DNA of 61,810 nucleotides, filler included, from Globobulimina sp. (Eukaryota): NCBI GenBank assembly GCA_003354225.1. It is 12 parts of 12 records of this genome, joined end to end, with 100 filler letters (N's around TTAATTAATTAA, not from the genome) between each part and the next. Parts side by side here need not be neighbours in the genome. Positions count along the whole stretch, not along the records: positions 10,335 to 15,395 come from PIVH01000749.1; positions 15,496 to 20,556 come from PIVH01000750.1; positions 20,657 to 25,716 come from PIVH01000751.1; 9 more parts are not named here. One strand, 5' to 3'. Shown piece by piece: positions 10,335 to 22,823 of this stretch (position 1 is its first letter; each line of letters starts with the position of its first letter). The notes under the pieces were generated by a model. It saw only the letters and a program-made list of their open reading frames with translations, ran no database searches and was not told where the DNA came from. The position numbers and the translations under genes were made by a program.

Positions 10335-13149
10335 GATAATTTTAGGTTTATCAAATTCTTGAAGGTTGCCGCTCGCATTCTGTAGCTGTTCAAGAAGTCG
10401 ACGTTTTGCTGATGGAAGTGAGAGTGGATCCATGTGATTCAGTATAAATTCTCAGAATATGAATGTAGAATATGTTTGATAGCTTTGAAGTAAAAGTTTG
10501 GATGTAGTTTGCTGCATCTTCGACATCGAATCCACACTGACTTTTCTCTGCGACGTTTGTTTTTGCCGATATGTTATTGGCTAATACATAAAAATGTGCT
10601 TTTAATATCCGTAACACCGATGCGGATATCCACCATAACCAGCCATTCCATGCTTGTTTGTCTGGGCTGTTACTGCTTATTTGTGGTAAGGTGGGCAGCG
10701 TACATTTATTACACAAATGTGCTTTGATTCTATCCACAGAAAACGCCAACAAATCATTCAATAATACGAACGTTTCCCGCGATAATTCAAAAGTAAATGC
10801 TTCCACATTGCCTTTGCTCTTATTCTTATCAATGACATTTTCTTTGCTCTCTTTATCACTTTGCGTGGTCCAAAATTGTTCATTATTCGGCACCATATAT
10901 TTGCACGATCGGTCAATGACAGATATCATATATGTTACCACCTGGATCGCTTCCAAATTATTATCAGCTTTTTCCAGCGAAGCCGTGTTTAATCTGATGG
11001 CAAAATCCGATTTTAACTCATTCAAACCACCACAATCAATCAATGTATGTTTTTCATTTTGTTTCTTTTCATCCATTTTGGCAGTCACTACAAATGTAAA
11101 TTTGTCGCCAGCTGCAATATACCGAATGGGCACATTGCCGAAATATTTGGGTGAAATTTGTTTGGGCTCAATCAAAACGCCAGACATCTTATGTCCAGTT
11201 TGATATTCTTGTCCATGCCCAAAAGAGTATGCAATGCCGTTTTCATCCAAACAGAGAGTATGATTCTCGCCAGCAACCACTTGGATAATTTTATTCTTCT
11301 CATTACTGGAGGCTATGTTCACCTGTACCGGCAACATTTGTTCCTTCCGGGTCCCGCAGCCCAACTGTCCATTTTCCGCCCATCCCCAGGTATAAACATG
11401 GCCGCTCTGTGAAGCACAAGCGGAGTGATCATAACCGCAGCAAACAGTGATCACCTTTTCCGACTGCAACTGCTCAATCTGAGTTGGTTTGGAACGCATT
11501 AATTTGTCCCCATGTCCTAATACAGCACGAGTACCTTCGTAGCCATGACCCCACGAAAATATATGTCCCTCAGAGGAACAGCACAAAGCATGATCCCAAC
11601 CGGCAGCCAGGTCCACAATGACAATGTTATCGATCTGTGGCTGCCAGGCAGTGACCTGCGTAGGTGTCAATATGGGGTCTTTGAGGTGATTGAGGCCACA
11701 TTGACCTGCATTGTTTTTACCAAAACTGTATAAATTGCCATTGTCGTCAATTAGCAAATTAAAAGTACTGCCACATTGACCAGCGATGATGAACTTATTT
11801 TGCTGCGCCAGTGACTTTATTAAAGTCGGGGTTTGTTTTTCATTCTGATCAGTTCCATGACCCAAACGACCAGAACCATGACCAAATGTATACACATATC
11901 CATTGGCAGTGATTAGTAACGAATGGGCCATACCGCACGATATATCGATGATGACTGCTTTGGTGTCGATTAGTTTGGGGATGGATTGTATTTGAGCGCT
12001 GCTTGGCGGATAACCCAGTTGCAGATTCTTGGAGGAGCCCCAGGAATATACACAGCCATCCGAGCTCAATGCGAGTGTATGCGAGGAGAATGTGGCTAAT
12101 TTACAAATGTTTTTATCGTTTAAACTCGCTAAATTGCGGGGTTCCGATATGATTTGTTCATTTAAATGCAGTTTGCAACCCAGCCGACCATCTGCACATT
12201 TACCAAAGCCATAGACGCGTGAATGGATATATTTTTTGTTATTTTGAGCAATGTTTAATATTCGCAAATTCGCAATGTATTTCATAGTGGATTTGAGGTT
12301 GAATTTAAGTTCTTGAACATGTGGAATCGTAATCAAATACCAAATAGATTGTAACAACGAGGATACATTGGTGTTTCCGATGGATATTTTAATTAAAAGT
12401 TCAAACAATTGTTGCCATATTGCTTTGTTATGGTTTTGCGTGTTGTGTTTATACGAAGTAATGCATGATAATATAAATTCTTTTATATGCAGTAATACAC
12501 CGAAATTGCTTTTGGTGTTTAGCAGTCCGGAGCGTATTTCGTGAGTGGTCATTGAGCTGAAGATGTCGTGTAAGGTTTGAATGTAAGTCGAGATTATCCT
12601 GAATTGTTCCACATTTTCTTTATTTTCATCGTGGTCTATGTCTAGGCTCAAAATTGAGATATTTTTCTCCAAATCCAATGCGGATAACATCGAATGAAAC
12701 ATAATTAATGCATATCTGGAAAAATCAGCGATTTTGTCTAAATCTGGATATTTAGTTACGGCTGATTCATGATCAGTATTTTTATGCTCTTTATTGCTAT
12801 CATCAATAATATCTGTTTTGGTCGTTTCTTGTTTCTTTTCTTGTGTCTCTGGTTCAAATTGTATTTGTGTACTTGTTTCTTCTTCTTCTTCTTCTTGTTT
12901 CTCTTCTTTTTGTTCATCATTATCCGTGTTATCATCCTTATCTTCCTTAGCTTCCTTATCCTCGATAACATTATCAGTATAATCAATATTTGGTTGTCGC
13001 TGTTGCTGTTTCTGAATAAACCATTGTTCAATATGTTGATTATAAGCTTTCGTGTCAAAACATTGACGAGTTAATTTTTGTACTCTTTTCTCAATTAACT
13101 GTGCAACTGTTTGTTCAGATGAGGCGATAATCGCATCGGATGAAGGCAA
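10335..13149 (-). CDS. HERC-like RCC1-repeat protein, N-terminal part (likely a large E3 ligase), partial
   Basis: About seven RCC1 repeats (VYSWG..LG, CGMAHSL, AGWDHAL, CGYDHSA, AGENHTL). Probably has short upstream exons to ~13350; truncated at the contig end, no HECT domain visible. Confidence 0.8.
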
Positions 13150-13530
13150 TAAATGTTCAAATGTTGATAAATCATCTGTTTATAACACAGGTAATGATGT
13201 ATTGATGTATGTAATCCGTAGCGGTGTGTTTTATAATAAATACATACGCGTACGTTTGTTCAATGTAAACTGCATTTACCGACTAAAGTTACTAAAGGTT
13301 TTTTGATAAATAATTTCAAACAATGGTAGCATCACAAAACATACCTCCCATTCATTTGTTACATTTAAATGATGCGTATAAATTGTCATTTTGGATTGCA
13401 CACTTACCATATTATAAATGTTATTCATCAGTATTAGTTGAATCTATTTCTCTCAATGGTTAAGCCAAATACATTGTACATTTAATTATTTTTTGCAAGT
13501 ATAAAAAATATATACACAGAAACATATCAA

Positions 13531-14157
13531 GTGAACGAATCTGATCTTCAAATTGCAGAAAACGTAGCTAAAATGTTTTATGAGAATTCAATCGCAGGGT
13601 ATCATATCCATAAAAACTGTGATCTCGATAAAAATGATTATTACAATCTAGTTGAATGCTACAAACATGTTTTTAATACAAAACATGAAATGGTGGAATA
13701 TACATGGAAAATGATTGAAATGTCCCAAATGTTTTATAAAAATCAGGATACCCATACCGATACCGATAATATTGACAACAGTGACAATAAACAGGATTTA
13801 TATGATAAAAATTGGATATCTGATACATACGAGAAATATTGTAAGTGTTTATTACCAAACATCCAAAACAATTGTAAAATTATTAAAATGCCCAAAAGAA
13901 AACATTTATCAATTAATATTGCAAAACAATGGATAAATGAAGATGCTACGGCTACCACAATTGATTTAGGCCCACCACATTCTGTTATAATTACACCCTC
14001 GAATTCATTGATACATTTAAGTGATAATTTGAATGTATTCAATATGAACCATGTAAATGCACATGTCGGTGCGCAACAGAATACATCTTTGTATTTGTCA
14101 AAAACATCTGAATCCGAAGAACTCTTTGACTTAATTGCTGCGGTTGAAGCCGAGTGA
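13531..14157 (+). CDS. Hypothetical protein (exon)
   Basis: 208-aa ORF without a clear ATG start or a recognised motif. Confidence 0.4.
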   Translation: MNESDLQIAENVAKMFYENSIAGYHIHKNCDLDKNDYYNLVECYKHVFNTKHEMVEYTWKMIEMSQMFYKNQDTHTDTDNIDNSDNKQDLYDKNWISDTYEKYCKCLLPNIQNNCKIIKMPKRKHLSINIAKQWINEDATATTIDLGPPHSVIITPSNSLIHLSDNLNVFNMNHVNAHVGAQQNTSLYLSKTSESEELFDLIAAVEAE

Positions 14158-14518
14158 TTGCTGAAATTAAAATGTTCTGTATTATGTGTATGAAACGCTG
14201 TTCTTTTGTTTGTGTGTTTTTGAAACGTCTGTTTTTGTTGTTTTTTTGTTAATAATTGAGTCGTTCAATGGTAAAACAGAAATAATACAAAATGACAAAG
14301 CAAATGAAATTAAAAAAATAGAGATACAGTAAGCGGTGGAGCCATAGTAAAAACATATCAAAACGCATACAAAAAATGAACCTTGCCATCGCTCGTAATG
14401 AAACAATGCCGTCGCTCGTAATTTCCAATCAATAGAAATTTGTTTGAGCCCAAAACGTTAAGACTTAAATTAATATACAAAATCGAAATATATTATATAT
14501 AATGCAGGCAAAAAAAAA

Positions 14519-15333
14519 ATGGTAATTTTTGGATTCGATTTGTCCTTACTACGTCACAGAGATTTACGAACAACGTTGGCATTGGGATTATTAGCTGCAA
14601 TACCCTTCATATTGAGATCTGTTGGAGATTCAATTGTCGCATTATGTAAGAAATGCTGTAAAGATAATGTTGGGAAAGGAATCGAAGCAGTTAGTATCGA
14701 CAGTATAATAAGTGATAAAATTGGTTTTCAGCATTGCTGCTTTCTGCCGCTCGTCTAATTTTTTGGCATTGGATGCAACCATTTTTGTATTGGTTTTTAC
14801 TTTATGCGTATTGGGATTTATTGGATGGTGGTCAGCAAATATTGGGATTAGTGGTTGGTGGCAGAGAATGTATTTATTTTTTAATGACAACATGTGCTGT
14901 ATGTATTAAACCGGCTTTTTTGATGCCTGATTTAAAAGCATCATGTTCCTGTGATGAAGGTGAATTTTTATTGGTTGTAATATACATTATTGCGCCGGAA
15001 AAATATGTATAACATGTATTGCTCCAGATCATATTTGTAGTTTTTTTGTGTTTGTTGTATTGACATTGATGGATTTATGCGGTGTGGTAGCATTTGTTTG
15101 GGCTTTTGTTGTGCAGAATGTGTATATTCCTATAATTATGGGATATGCAGTCACTGCATGCAATCGGTGGGTTGTTAATATCACTGTGTACGCTTTTTGT
15201 ATTACTGTGTGGATTGGGGTGTAAATTGTGTGAAATTTGTGCACGTATTTGTTGCAGACGAAAAGGAAAAGCAGCCAACACATCATATGTACAGATGGCA
15301 ACAGATTTGAATGAAACGCTCTTACCTGTATGA
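14519..15333 (+). CDS. Small multi-pass membrane protein, fragmented by introns or frameshifts
   Basis: Successive hydrophobic ORF pieces in different frames, ending in a Cys-rich juxtamembrane tail and NETLLPV. Confidence 0.4.
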
Positions 15334-15551
15334 AATGCTGTTGTTTTTTTGTCTGTTTGTCATCAAATTTTGTGTGTTTTTGAGACGTCTGTTTTNNNNN
15401 NNNNNNNNNNNNNNNNNNNNNNNNNNNNNNNNNNNNNNNTTAATTAATTAANNNNNNNNNNNNNNNNNNNNNNNNNNNNNNNNNNNNNNNNNNNNCAAGA
15501 AAATTAAAATGCATAAACACAAACATTTAAAAATGCACAAATGCATAAATT

Positions 15552-18488
15552 TTATAGTACATTTTGAATCATACTCTTTGATGCATTTGCTTGTGTTATT
15601 TGATTAAATTTATAAGTCAATAAATGTAAATACTTTGTTTCATCTTCTTTTTTATGTATAATTATTTTTGAATCATATTGACAAATATCCCATTCTGATT
15701 CTCCATTTTTTGACTTATAATTGTCTGACAATAATCCCTTATGATGAATGATAATATATTTCAATTTATTAGTTGCTGCCACTGCTAAATTGTCAATAAC
15801 CCCTTCAATTGTTAATTTTAACTTATTTTTTGAAGCATAGTTGTTAAAATATTCAATTTGTTCTAAATTAGGAAATAATTTTAATACAAAATTTAAATCA
15901 AAAAACATATCTGACTCATTAATACATAACAAATTTTTTAATTCTTCTACAACTTCCATATGATGCCAAAATAGCATGATATGAGTCAAATTTATACAAT
16001 ATCTGCTCAATAAATTTACAATATATTCCGGAAATGCATCAGAATTAAAATCATTGTTTTTCATCAATTGATAAGACAACAATGAACAGCATAATCCAAT
16101 CGAGTCAGCAGTAAATTTATAATTACATCTATTATCAGTCTCCATTGCTCCATTATATTTAATGCATTTATATATTTCCTATACATCACACCATTGCTTA
16201 TATTGATAATATTCGTAATTATCATCATTGGCACTCCACCAACAAATAAACATTCTTTTTCATTGCTAAAATCACTGAAAAATGCACAAGCAAAATATTT
16301 TGCGTGCAATAAATAAGTGGATGACGAATACTTTAATTCTAAAACCAGCCCAATATCGCCACTGAAATTGAAAGCAACCGTTGGTTCGGTCGAGGTACTT
16401 AACGGCGCATTAAATTTTGTAATAGTTCTCGTGAAATATAATAATTGATTCACGCCATGATAAAATGTTTGATTTCCATTGGCAATTAAACTGAAACCAA
16501 AATATTCAATTAAATCACGTAAATATCTCGAACAAAAAAAAGAAACAATGTCTATTTTTTAATGATTCAATGCTTTCATTATATGGAATTCGTCGAAATG
16601 TCTCACTCCATTTTGCTTGATATTCATCACAATTACAATATATTAATAATGATAAAATATGATTAATAGACAAATCTTTATCAATGCCTTCGTTGATATG
16701 GTCCGATTGCATCTTTTTAACTTGTTCAGTCTTCATATATTGCACACATTTATTATATTCTTTGTCATATTCATCAATGTCAATATTACATATTTCATTA
16801 TAAATAAATTCAGATTTTAGTGTTTGATATTTTGTTTCAACAAACCATTCCGATGACTTTTGTTCATATTCAAACCGTTCACCAAAACTATACACATCTT
16901 TGTTTTTATTAAGATTATTATTGTTACCATCTTCCAGTTGTTTTAAATCAGAGTTAAATTTATTGCTCAATACATTATAATTACACGCATGTTTTCTGTG
17001 TTTAAGCATTCGATGGATTTCAGATATTCTCTCATCGCTATCTCCAAATTGTTGCGACACTCTAATTCTCGCAAATGAATCATACGAATGATAATAAAAC
17101 GAATGTAATTTATCTAAAATATCTGGTATTGAATAATATCCATTGTCGACATCTTCATTCAGTTCACTGCTTTCTTTTGCGTCGTCATCGATACTCAAAA
17201 CATGTACAGATTTGTTTATTTTATTAACAAACCGTCTTCGCCGTGAATAATGCCTTGAATATATCTCACAACTCTCATAATTACAGCCCACAGCTCCAGA
17301 ACTACGATAAGTTAACTTTTCGTAAATTGCATCAAAATCTTGATCAGAATCGTGATATTCTAATAAATGCTGAAAAGAATTCAAAATGTCAGCTGCATCA
17401 TATAATTCATATTTATTATCGTCGACATCGTGATAATTGTTCAAAATATGAAATAACTTTTTAAACTGTGAACATTTGTCAATAATACAAATGTAATGGA
17501 TATCTACTTGACTCATTTGTAAATTTAACGTTGAGACTGAATTTTTGAGATTTAAATATTGCGATCTTTGCGATTCCTGTTTAGTTAATTTGGTGCATGA
17601 ATATACACAACAAAAATGTGAGTATTTACAACACGTTTTGTAATGTTTATTGTTAAATTTAAATGTCAAATAAATACAAATGGCATAGATGGATTGTTGC
17701 AAAATAAATACAATCTGATATGCTAAGTTAAGCATATTATTCTGCACTGAATGTACCCATCGCCAATATGCGAAGACTTGAAATATAATAAATGCGATGG
17801 TAATAATGGATATGAGATTTGTTTGTTTGATGATAAAATTTTTAAATCTATTGTTTATTTCTAATGATAATATCTCATTATTTGTCTTGGTTAATGACAT
17901 AAATCTGAATAATTTCATATTAAACAAACCTAATATTAAAACAAAATATATCTCAGAGGCAACAGAATATGTCACAGTGGATATAGCTAAGAAGAGTTGA
18001 AATGTTTTATTTGTTGCGAATACAGGAAACCAATGACTTAAAACATGGACGAATGTCAACATTAACCACCAAAATACAATGGTTATAACATAAATAATAT
18101 AACCTATAAAAATACGATGTTTATCAATGGCTAAAAATGTGTCTTTGTAAACATCCTCCAATTTGATGGTAATAAAATAAGCGACTGCGATAAAATTTGT
18201 TACACCCGAAGAGATTCGAAATTGCAATATAATTTTACCAAATGTTGCGAGAACATTTTGATTTGCATCCACTGTCAGGGATAGGTAATTGACACTATTC
18301 CAAATAACAAAAAACGATGAAACCACAATGAACGACACTATGCATATTATTGCTGTATTTTTGATATTGTTTGAGGTTATTTGATGTAAATATTTACATA
18401 AGTCACACAATAATACAATTCCCAAAATTAATGCTGCTGAAAATACGCCAACTGCTATAAGAGAAACTGCTTTGGTAGAAATATCCAT
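15552..18488 (-). CDS. 7TM receptor fused to a Cys/His module and an ADP-ribosyltransferase-like domain; two frameshifts
   Basis: Seven hydrophobic helices, then CxxxxC/HxxxxH motifs, YCN..QAKWSETFRR, FYHGV, PLSTST, SDFSNEKECLFVGG and a C-terminal LFPNL domain. The frame breaks in a T8 run (~16534-16541) and at ~16146. Confidence 0.7.
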
Positions 18489-19011
18489 ATCTTGTTTCAA
18501 GAGCAAAATAAGTGGATCAAATTACTTGAAGGTAACATGTTTGTAAGCTAACTAGGGTAGGTTTGTAAGGTTTTTTTGTCAAAATCTGTCAATTTTTCAG
18601 AATAAGGTGTAAAAACACCACAATTATGTTGCGTGATGGAACATTGTTGTAGTCGAAGACAATATATTTAACACAAAAAAAAGAAACACACATTTGAATG
18701 ATGAAAAGTAGTCAAAATAAAAACACAGAGATCTCCGGTAAACCAGACAAATATTTCTCCCCTGCGAATACCAGACAGCGTGAAAAATAAATACCAGTTG
18801 AAAAATTCTTGTAATTAAAAAAAGAAAAAAATTCCGGTATAAACCGTACTAAATCGGATGCAGACGTTAAAGGCATCAATGTAAAAGTTTCCATGGTAAA
18901 CACAGACGTCGATCGACTGTTTTGCCATCGAAGATCTCTTACAATCAACATACTGTACACAAAACTAACATATTTGGATAAAAAAAAGAATTATATAATT
19001 ATATATAGCTT

Positions 19012-20127
19012 TTAATTGCTTTCTAAATGCAACACAGCTCCGTCAATCAATTTGGTGGATTTGATTGTGGCCTCATTGTCTACTAATTCTTCACCCAAAT
19101 ACATCAGTCGTTGTTCACTAAATGGCACATTTAGATACAATTGGATTTGCATCTTAATACGTTTGATCGTATCACATTTTTCTATATCCATCGCAATGGA
19201 TTTATTCTCATAACAAACACTAATAAAAACAGAATATAATCCTAGTTTTTTGGTCAAATATAAATTATCATTATCGTGGATCTCATAGTCTTGAATGCAT
19301 TGCCCATCGCCATCTAACAATTCCTTATTATTATAATTCAATCGTTGATTCCTGATTGAAATGCCCCATTTTCGCTCAATTTCTTGCTTTAGTTTCTTGA
19401 TTTTCGTCTCTTGCAACACCATCACTGACATTACACATTGTTTATGTCGTTCAACATTGATAAATATATTCATTTTCATTTTGTACTTGTAATTAGAACT
19501 GATATACAAAACACTGTCAGGAAGAACACCATAATACGATAAATATTCATTATGTTTCATTTTTGTTCCACAATACATTAAGGTTTGTGTATTATGCACT
19601 TTGTTTAATTTGTATTTGTTTCGAAATTCAATCAAAATATTCAGTATTGTTTGCGTATAATACACATATAATGGCAATTTCAATGAGTCTTCGTCATTAA
19701 ACGAATAATTAATAAAAATACGAAAGGAATCTTGAAACTGTATACTTAAGCTCGAATCTGTCGATTCCGTTTTATTGCTCAATGATTTTTCGGTGGCGAC
19801 AGCGTAAATAAATTTATTTTGTTGGATTATGTTGTTGTTAGTCAATTGCTGGGCGATTAGTGTGATACTATGCGTATGTTGGGAGAATAGGAAATCTATA
19901 GTTATTCTTTCATTGTAGATAGACGACGCTAATGGTTCCAGTTTATATTTTTTTATGAACAGAGACATTTTATGGTTATCTTCGTCCGTCTCGCAATTGG
20001 AATGTACATCCATAGGATTTCTTAGTATTTTGAAGATAGGATTCTGTAGTATGTAATTCTCGTTGCTTGCCTCCATATTACGCTGTGCATATCCTACAGA
20101 TGGATCACTGCTAATGCAGCCGCCCAT
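19012..20127 (-). CDS. Tandem ubiquitin-like domain protein with an N-terminal acylation motif
   Basis: MGGCISS start; three UBL-like repeats (TIKRIKMQIQ...EQRLMYLGEEL; KIKKLKQEIE...NQRLNYNNKEL); no terminal GG. Confidence 0.8.
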   Translation of the reverse strand: MGGCISSDPSVGYAQRNMEASNENYILQNPIFKILRNPMDVHSNCETDEDNHKMSLFIKKYKLEPLASSIYNERITIDFLFSQHTHSITLIAQQLTNNNIIQQNKFIYAVATEKSLSNKTESTDSSLSIQFQDSFRIFINYSFNDEDSLKLPLYVYYTQTILNILIEFRNKYKLNKVHNTQTLMYCGTKMKHNEYLSYYGVLPDSVLYISSNYKYKMKMNIFINVERHKQCVMSVMVLQETKIKKLKQEIERKWGISIRNQRLNYNNKELLDGDGQCIQDYEIHDNDNLYLTKKLGLYSVFISVCYENKSIAMDIEKCDTIKRIKMQIQLYLNVPFSEQRLMYLGEELVDNEATIKSTKLIDGAVLHLESN

Positions 20128-20252
20128 GCTTTCGCTAGAAACAAGTTCGTAAATGCGTCATATTCAACTGAACAACAACTAGAGTGCAAGGAGATAAATT
20201 AAAAAAAAAAGCATATAAACCAGAAAAATGACGTATATAAAATATAAATAAA

Positions 20253-20556
20253 TTACATTCTGATGGAATAATCTCCGTTCTGTGTGATATAGCGCACCCA
20301 GGGAAGGGCCTGGTACCCGGATTTCTCGATGATCTTCAAATAGCGCACCTGGATGCCACTCACCGTGAAATACGGTATCTCAAATTTGACGCGAATCGGA
20401 GCCTTCTTTGCCTCGTCCGCCTGCCCGGCGTCCTGCGTCCCCATCGAGGTCTTAAACGACGGCGAATCCGCATCGGCCGGCACAGGGATTAATATCTCCA
20501 CATTATTGGCCGTGGACCGCCGCTTAAACTCACTTTTGACTTTGATCATATACTCG
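20253..20556 (-). CDS. AP1M1: AP-1 complex mu subunit, C-terminal fragment
   Basis: FKRRSTANNVEI.IPVP.DADSP.FK and VKFEIPYFTVSGIQVRYLKIIEKSGYQALPWVRYITQNGDY. Confidence 0.92.
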
Positions 20557-20656
20557 NNNNNNNNNNNNNNNNNNNNNNNNNNNNNNNNNNNNNNNNNNNN
20601 TTAATTAATTAANNNNNNNNNNNNNNNNNNNNNNNNNNNNNNNNNNNNNNNNNNNN

Positions 20657-22278
20657 TGATTGTCACACCGTAGATTAATGTCAATGTTCTCTTTAAAATA
20701 ATCCTTATACGTCCACAGTGCTGCGACAATGGCTAAGGCCTCAAAATGAGCAATATGTTGCTCTTGAGTATATACAATGGATTTGTCATAATCTAAATAC
20801 TTGGTATAAATCGTCATAAATTGAGCTGGGACAGTATCGAATGACCAATGACCTTCGAAATACGCGCCAATGCCTGGCTGCCAGTTAGGTTTCTCTCCAT
20901 TTGTGGCACCATCAGTATATAAATTGACTTTTGGTCTGTTACCAAAACCAACCACATCATAAATATTGACTCTATCACAGATATACATGTATTTTATCCA
21001 AAGGTTGGCATCTTTAATTTCATGGTCACAAAAATACATCAAAGTAATATCATCGCCATAAATCCTTTTATGTGCCGTCAATTTCATCCGCATACGGCGT
21101 AAAAAGGCCGTTCCAGGCCACATTAATGCTGCCATCCAGGTAAGAGTACCCATCAATGATTCGTATTTATCGCTCATTAGCATCCGACACGAGGCGATAA
21201 TAATTAATATTAATAAACATTTTTTCTTTTTATCAGGACCAGGACCGACTGTCATGTCCGAAGAGTCATAGATCAATCCACAAACTTCCATAATCCACGA
21301 AACTAATTTGCGCTTTGCTTCCTTTTCAATGTATCCACATAAATTAAGAAATTCGAAGAATTTCTCCATTAAAAATGTCTCACGTTTACGATCTGAGAAT
21401 GGGAATGATTTAATAAATCCAATATGATCATCAATGTAAACTAAATTCTCAATACGCTCATTGTAGAGTAATAAAGGCTTAATCCAATGATGAAACGCCA
21501 TAATTAATACGTTTCCGAAATCCTGTGAGTGTTTTGATGCACCTTTGCTGCCATAAATATCGCAGGTGTCTACCAATTCAATTCCCATGAACTTATATCC
21601 CATATACTTCCACTCACTCTTATTCATTCCTAATTGTCTGAAGGCGTCAGCGCCATCAGTCTTGAACATCAAACAGAATCTGCCCATAATTATCAAACGT
21701 TTACAGAAATCTTTGCAGAGTGGAACCTGCATTTTATAGTCAATGGGAGCCGTCAATTCATTGATACTGTAGGTCCATAACGAAGAAAATGTAGCGTGTC
21801 TACATATTCTCGCTTTGCTGTTGCGTCTCGTCCATAATGTTAATGGGCCACCAGTTTTCTTATCGACTGCAACTAATTGAATGAAGTTTAAAATTGATTG
21901 ATTACTGTGTAACAATGCCTATTTTGGGCCAATCTTACCTAATTCCATTTGCTCCGCTAAATTAGTGCCTATTTCAATTAGTTCTAAAATATTCCAATCA
22001 CGCATCCTTTTGACAGTATCATTCATAGGAATGTTATAATTATTTGTTATCCCTAACTTCCATCCATGTTTTAAATTGATTAAAGTCTGATTAATTAAAA
22101 TATGTAATTTACGATCATTTCCAATGGGAATTTGTTCGATTGCGTTAATGAAAAATGAGTTGAACGGTTGTCGATGCAATTTGGATTTCACATATTTAAA
22201 ATTGCGAACTGCTCTTTGAAATCGACATTTTACTATGTCCCACAAAATATTATTCCACACAGTGGGATTGGTATGCAA
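20657..22278 (-). pseudogene. pol: DIRS-type RT-RNase H with one in-frame TAG (21921-21919)
   Basis: GKIGPK*ALL.., KARICRHAT, KTDGADAFRQL, YGS, VYIDDH; RNase H YTDGA, IAHFEALA, CDN. ORFs 21919-22278 and 20605-21915 share one frame. Confidence 0.8.
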
Positions 22279-22823
22279 TGCTATATAATATGTGCATTAG
22301 TTACTATTAATGGATGTAAATTATCTCACAATCTCGTTTCTGACATCCGGGATGATGTAGACAGAGAGAGAAATATGTCGTGATTGTATACAATGTTTAC
22401 GCTGCGGACGTAAACTATAAATGATAATGACTCTATAAACTACAATGCTAACCACAATATATTCGGTGTGACTTTATAACTCAAACCTTACTTCGAGGCA
22501 GTTACTAAGTTTTTGAGTCAGATTTACAAAGAGCTTTCAGAAAATGTACTATACCTAGTTTGTATGTGACAAATGATATGAATATGACTTACGTATATAC
22601 CCCACCCCTGAGATGTATTTACATGTAATGTTAATAAGATTGTAAAGGAAAATTAAATTATGTCCACAAATCAAATAATGTCCACAAATCAATATATATT
22701 GATAAATAAAATTAATATAAAATATAAAATAACTAATAATAAATGTACACTTTGTGTAAAATTAAAGGAAAATAATAGTGTAAAATATAAAATAAAATAT
22801 GTCAATAACAAAATCCAATTAAT

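Noticed and set aside
14188-15395. ~50-bp similar T-rich segments after two neighbouring genes (14188 and 15328)
   Set aside because: Low complexity; at most a small local duplication.
18712-18960. Small ORF or U5 snRNA-like loop (GCCTTTAAC on the minus strand)
   Set aside because: The loop is not the invariant GCCTTTTAC, the stem is weak and the ORF has no recognisable features.
21919-21938. 20-nt GTAAG...TAG micro-intron that would remove the in-frame stop
   Set aside because: Removal shifts the frame into a stop within a few codons and deletes the conserved KIGP motif.
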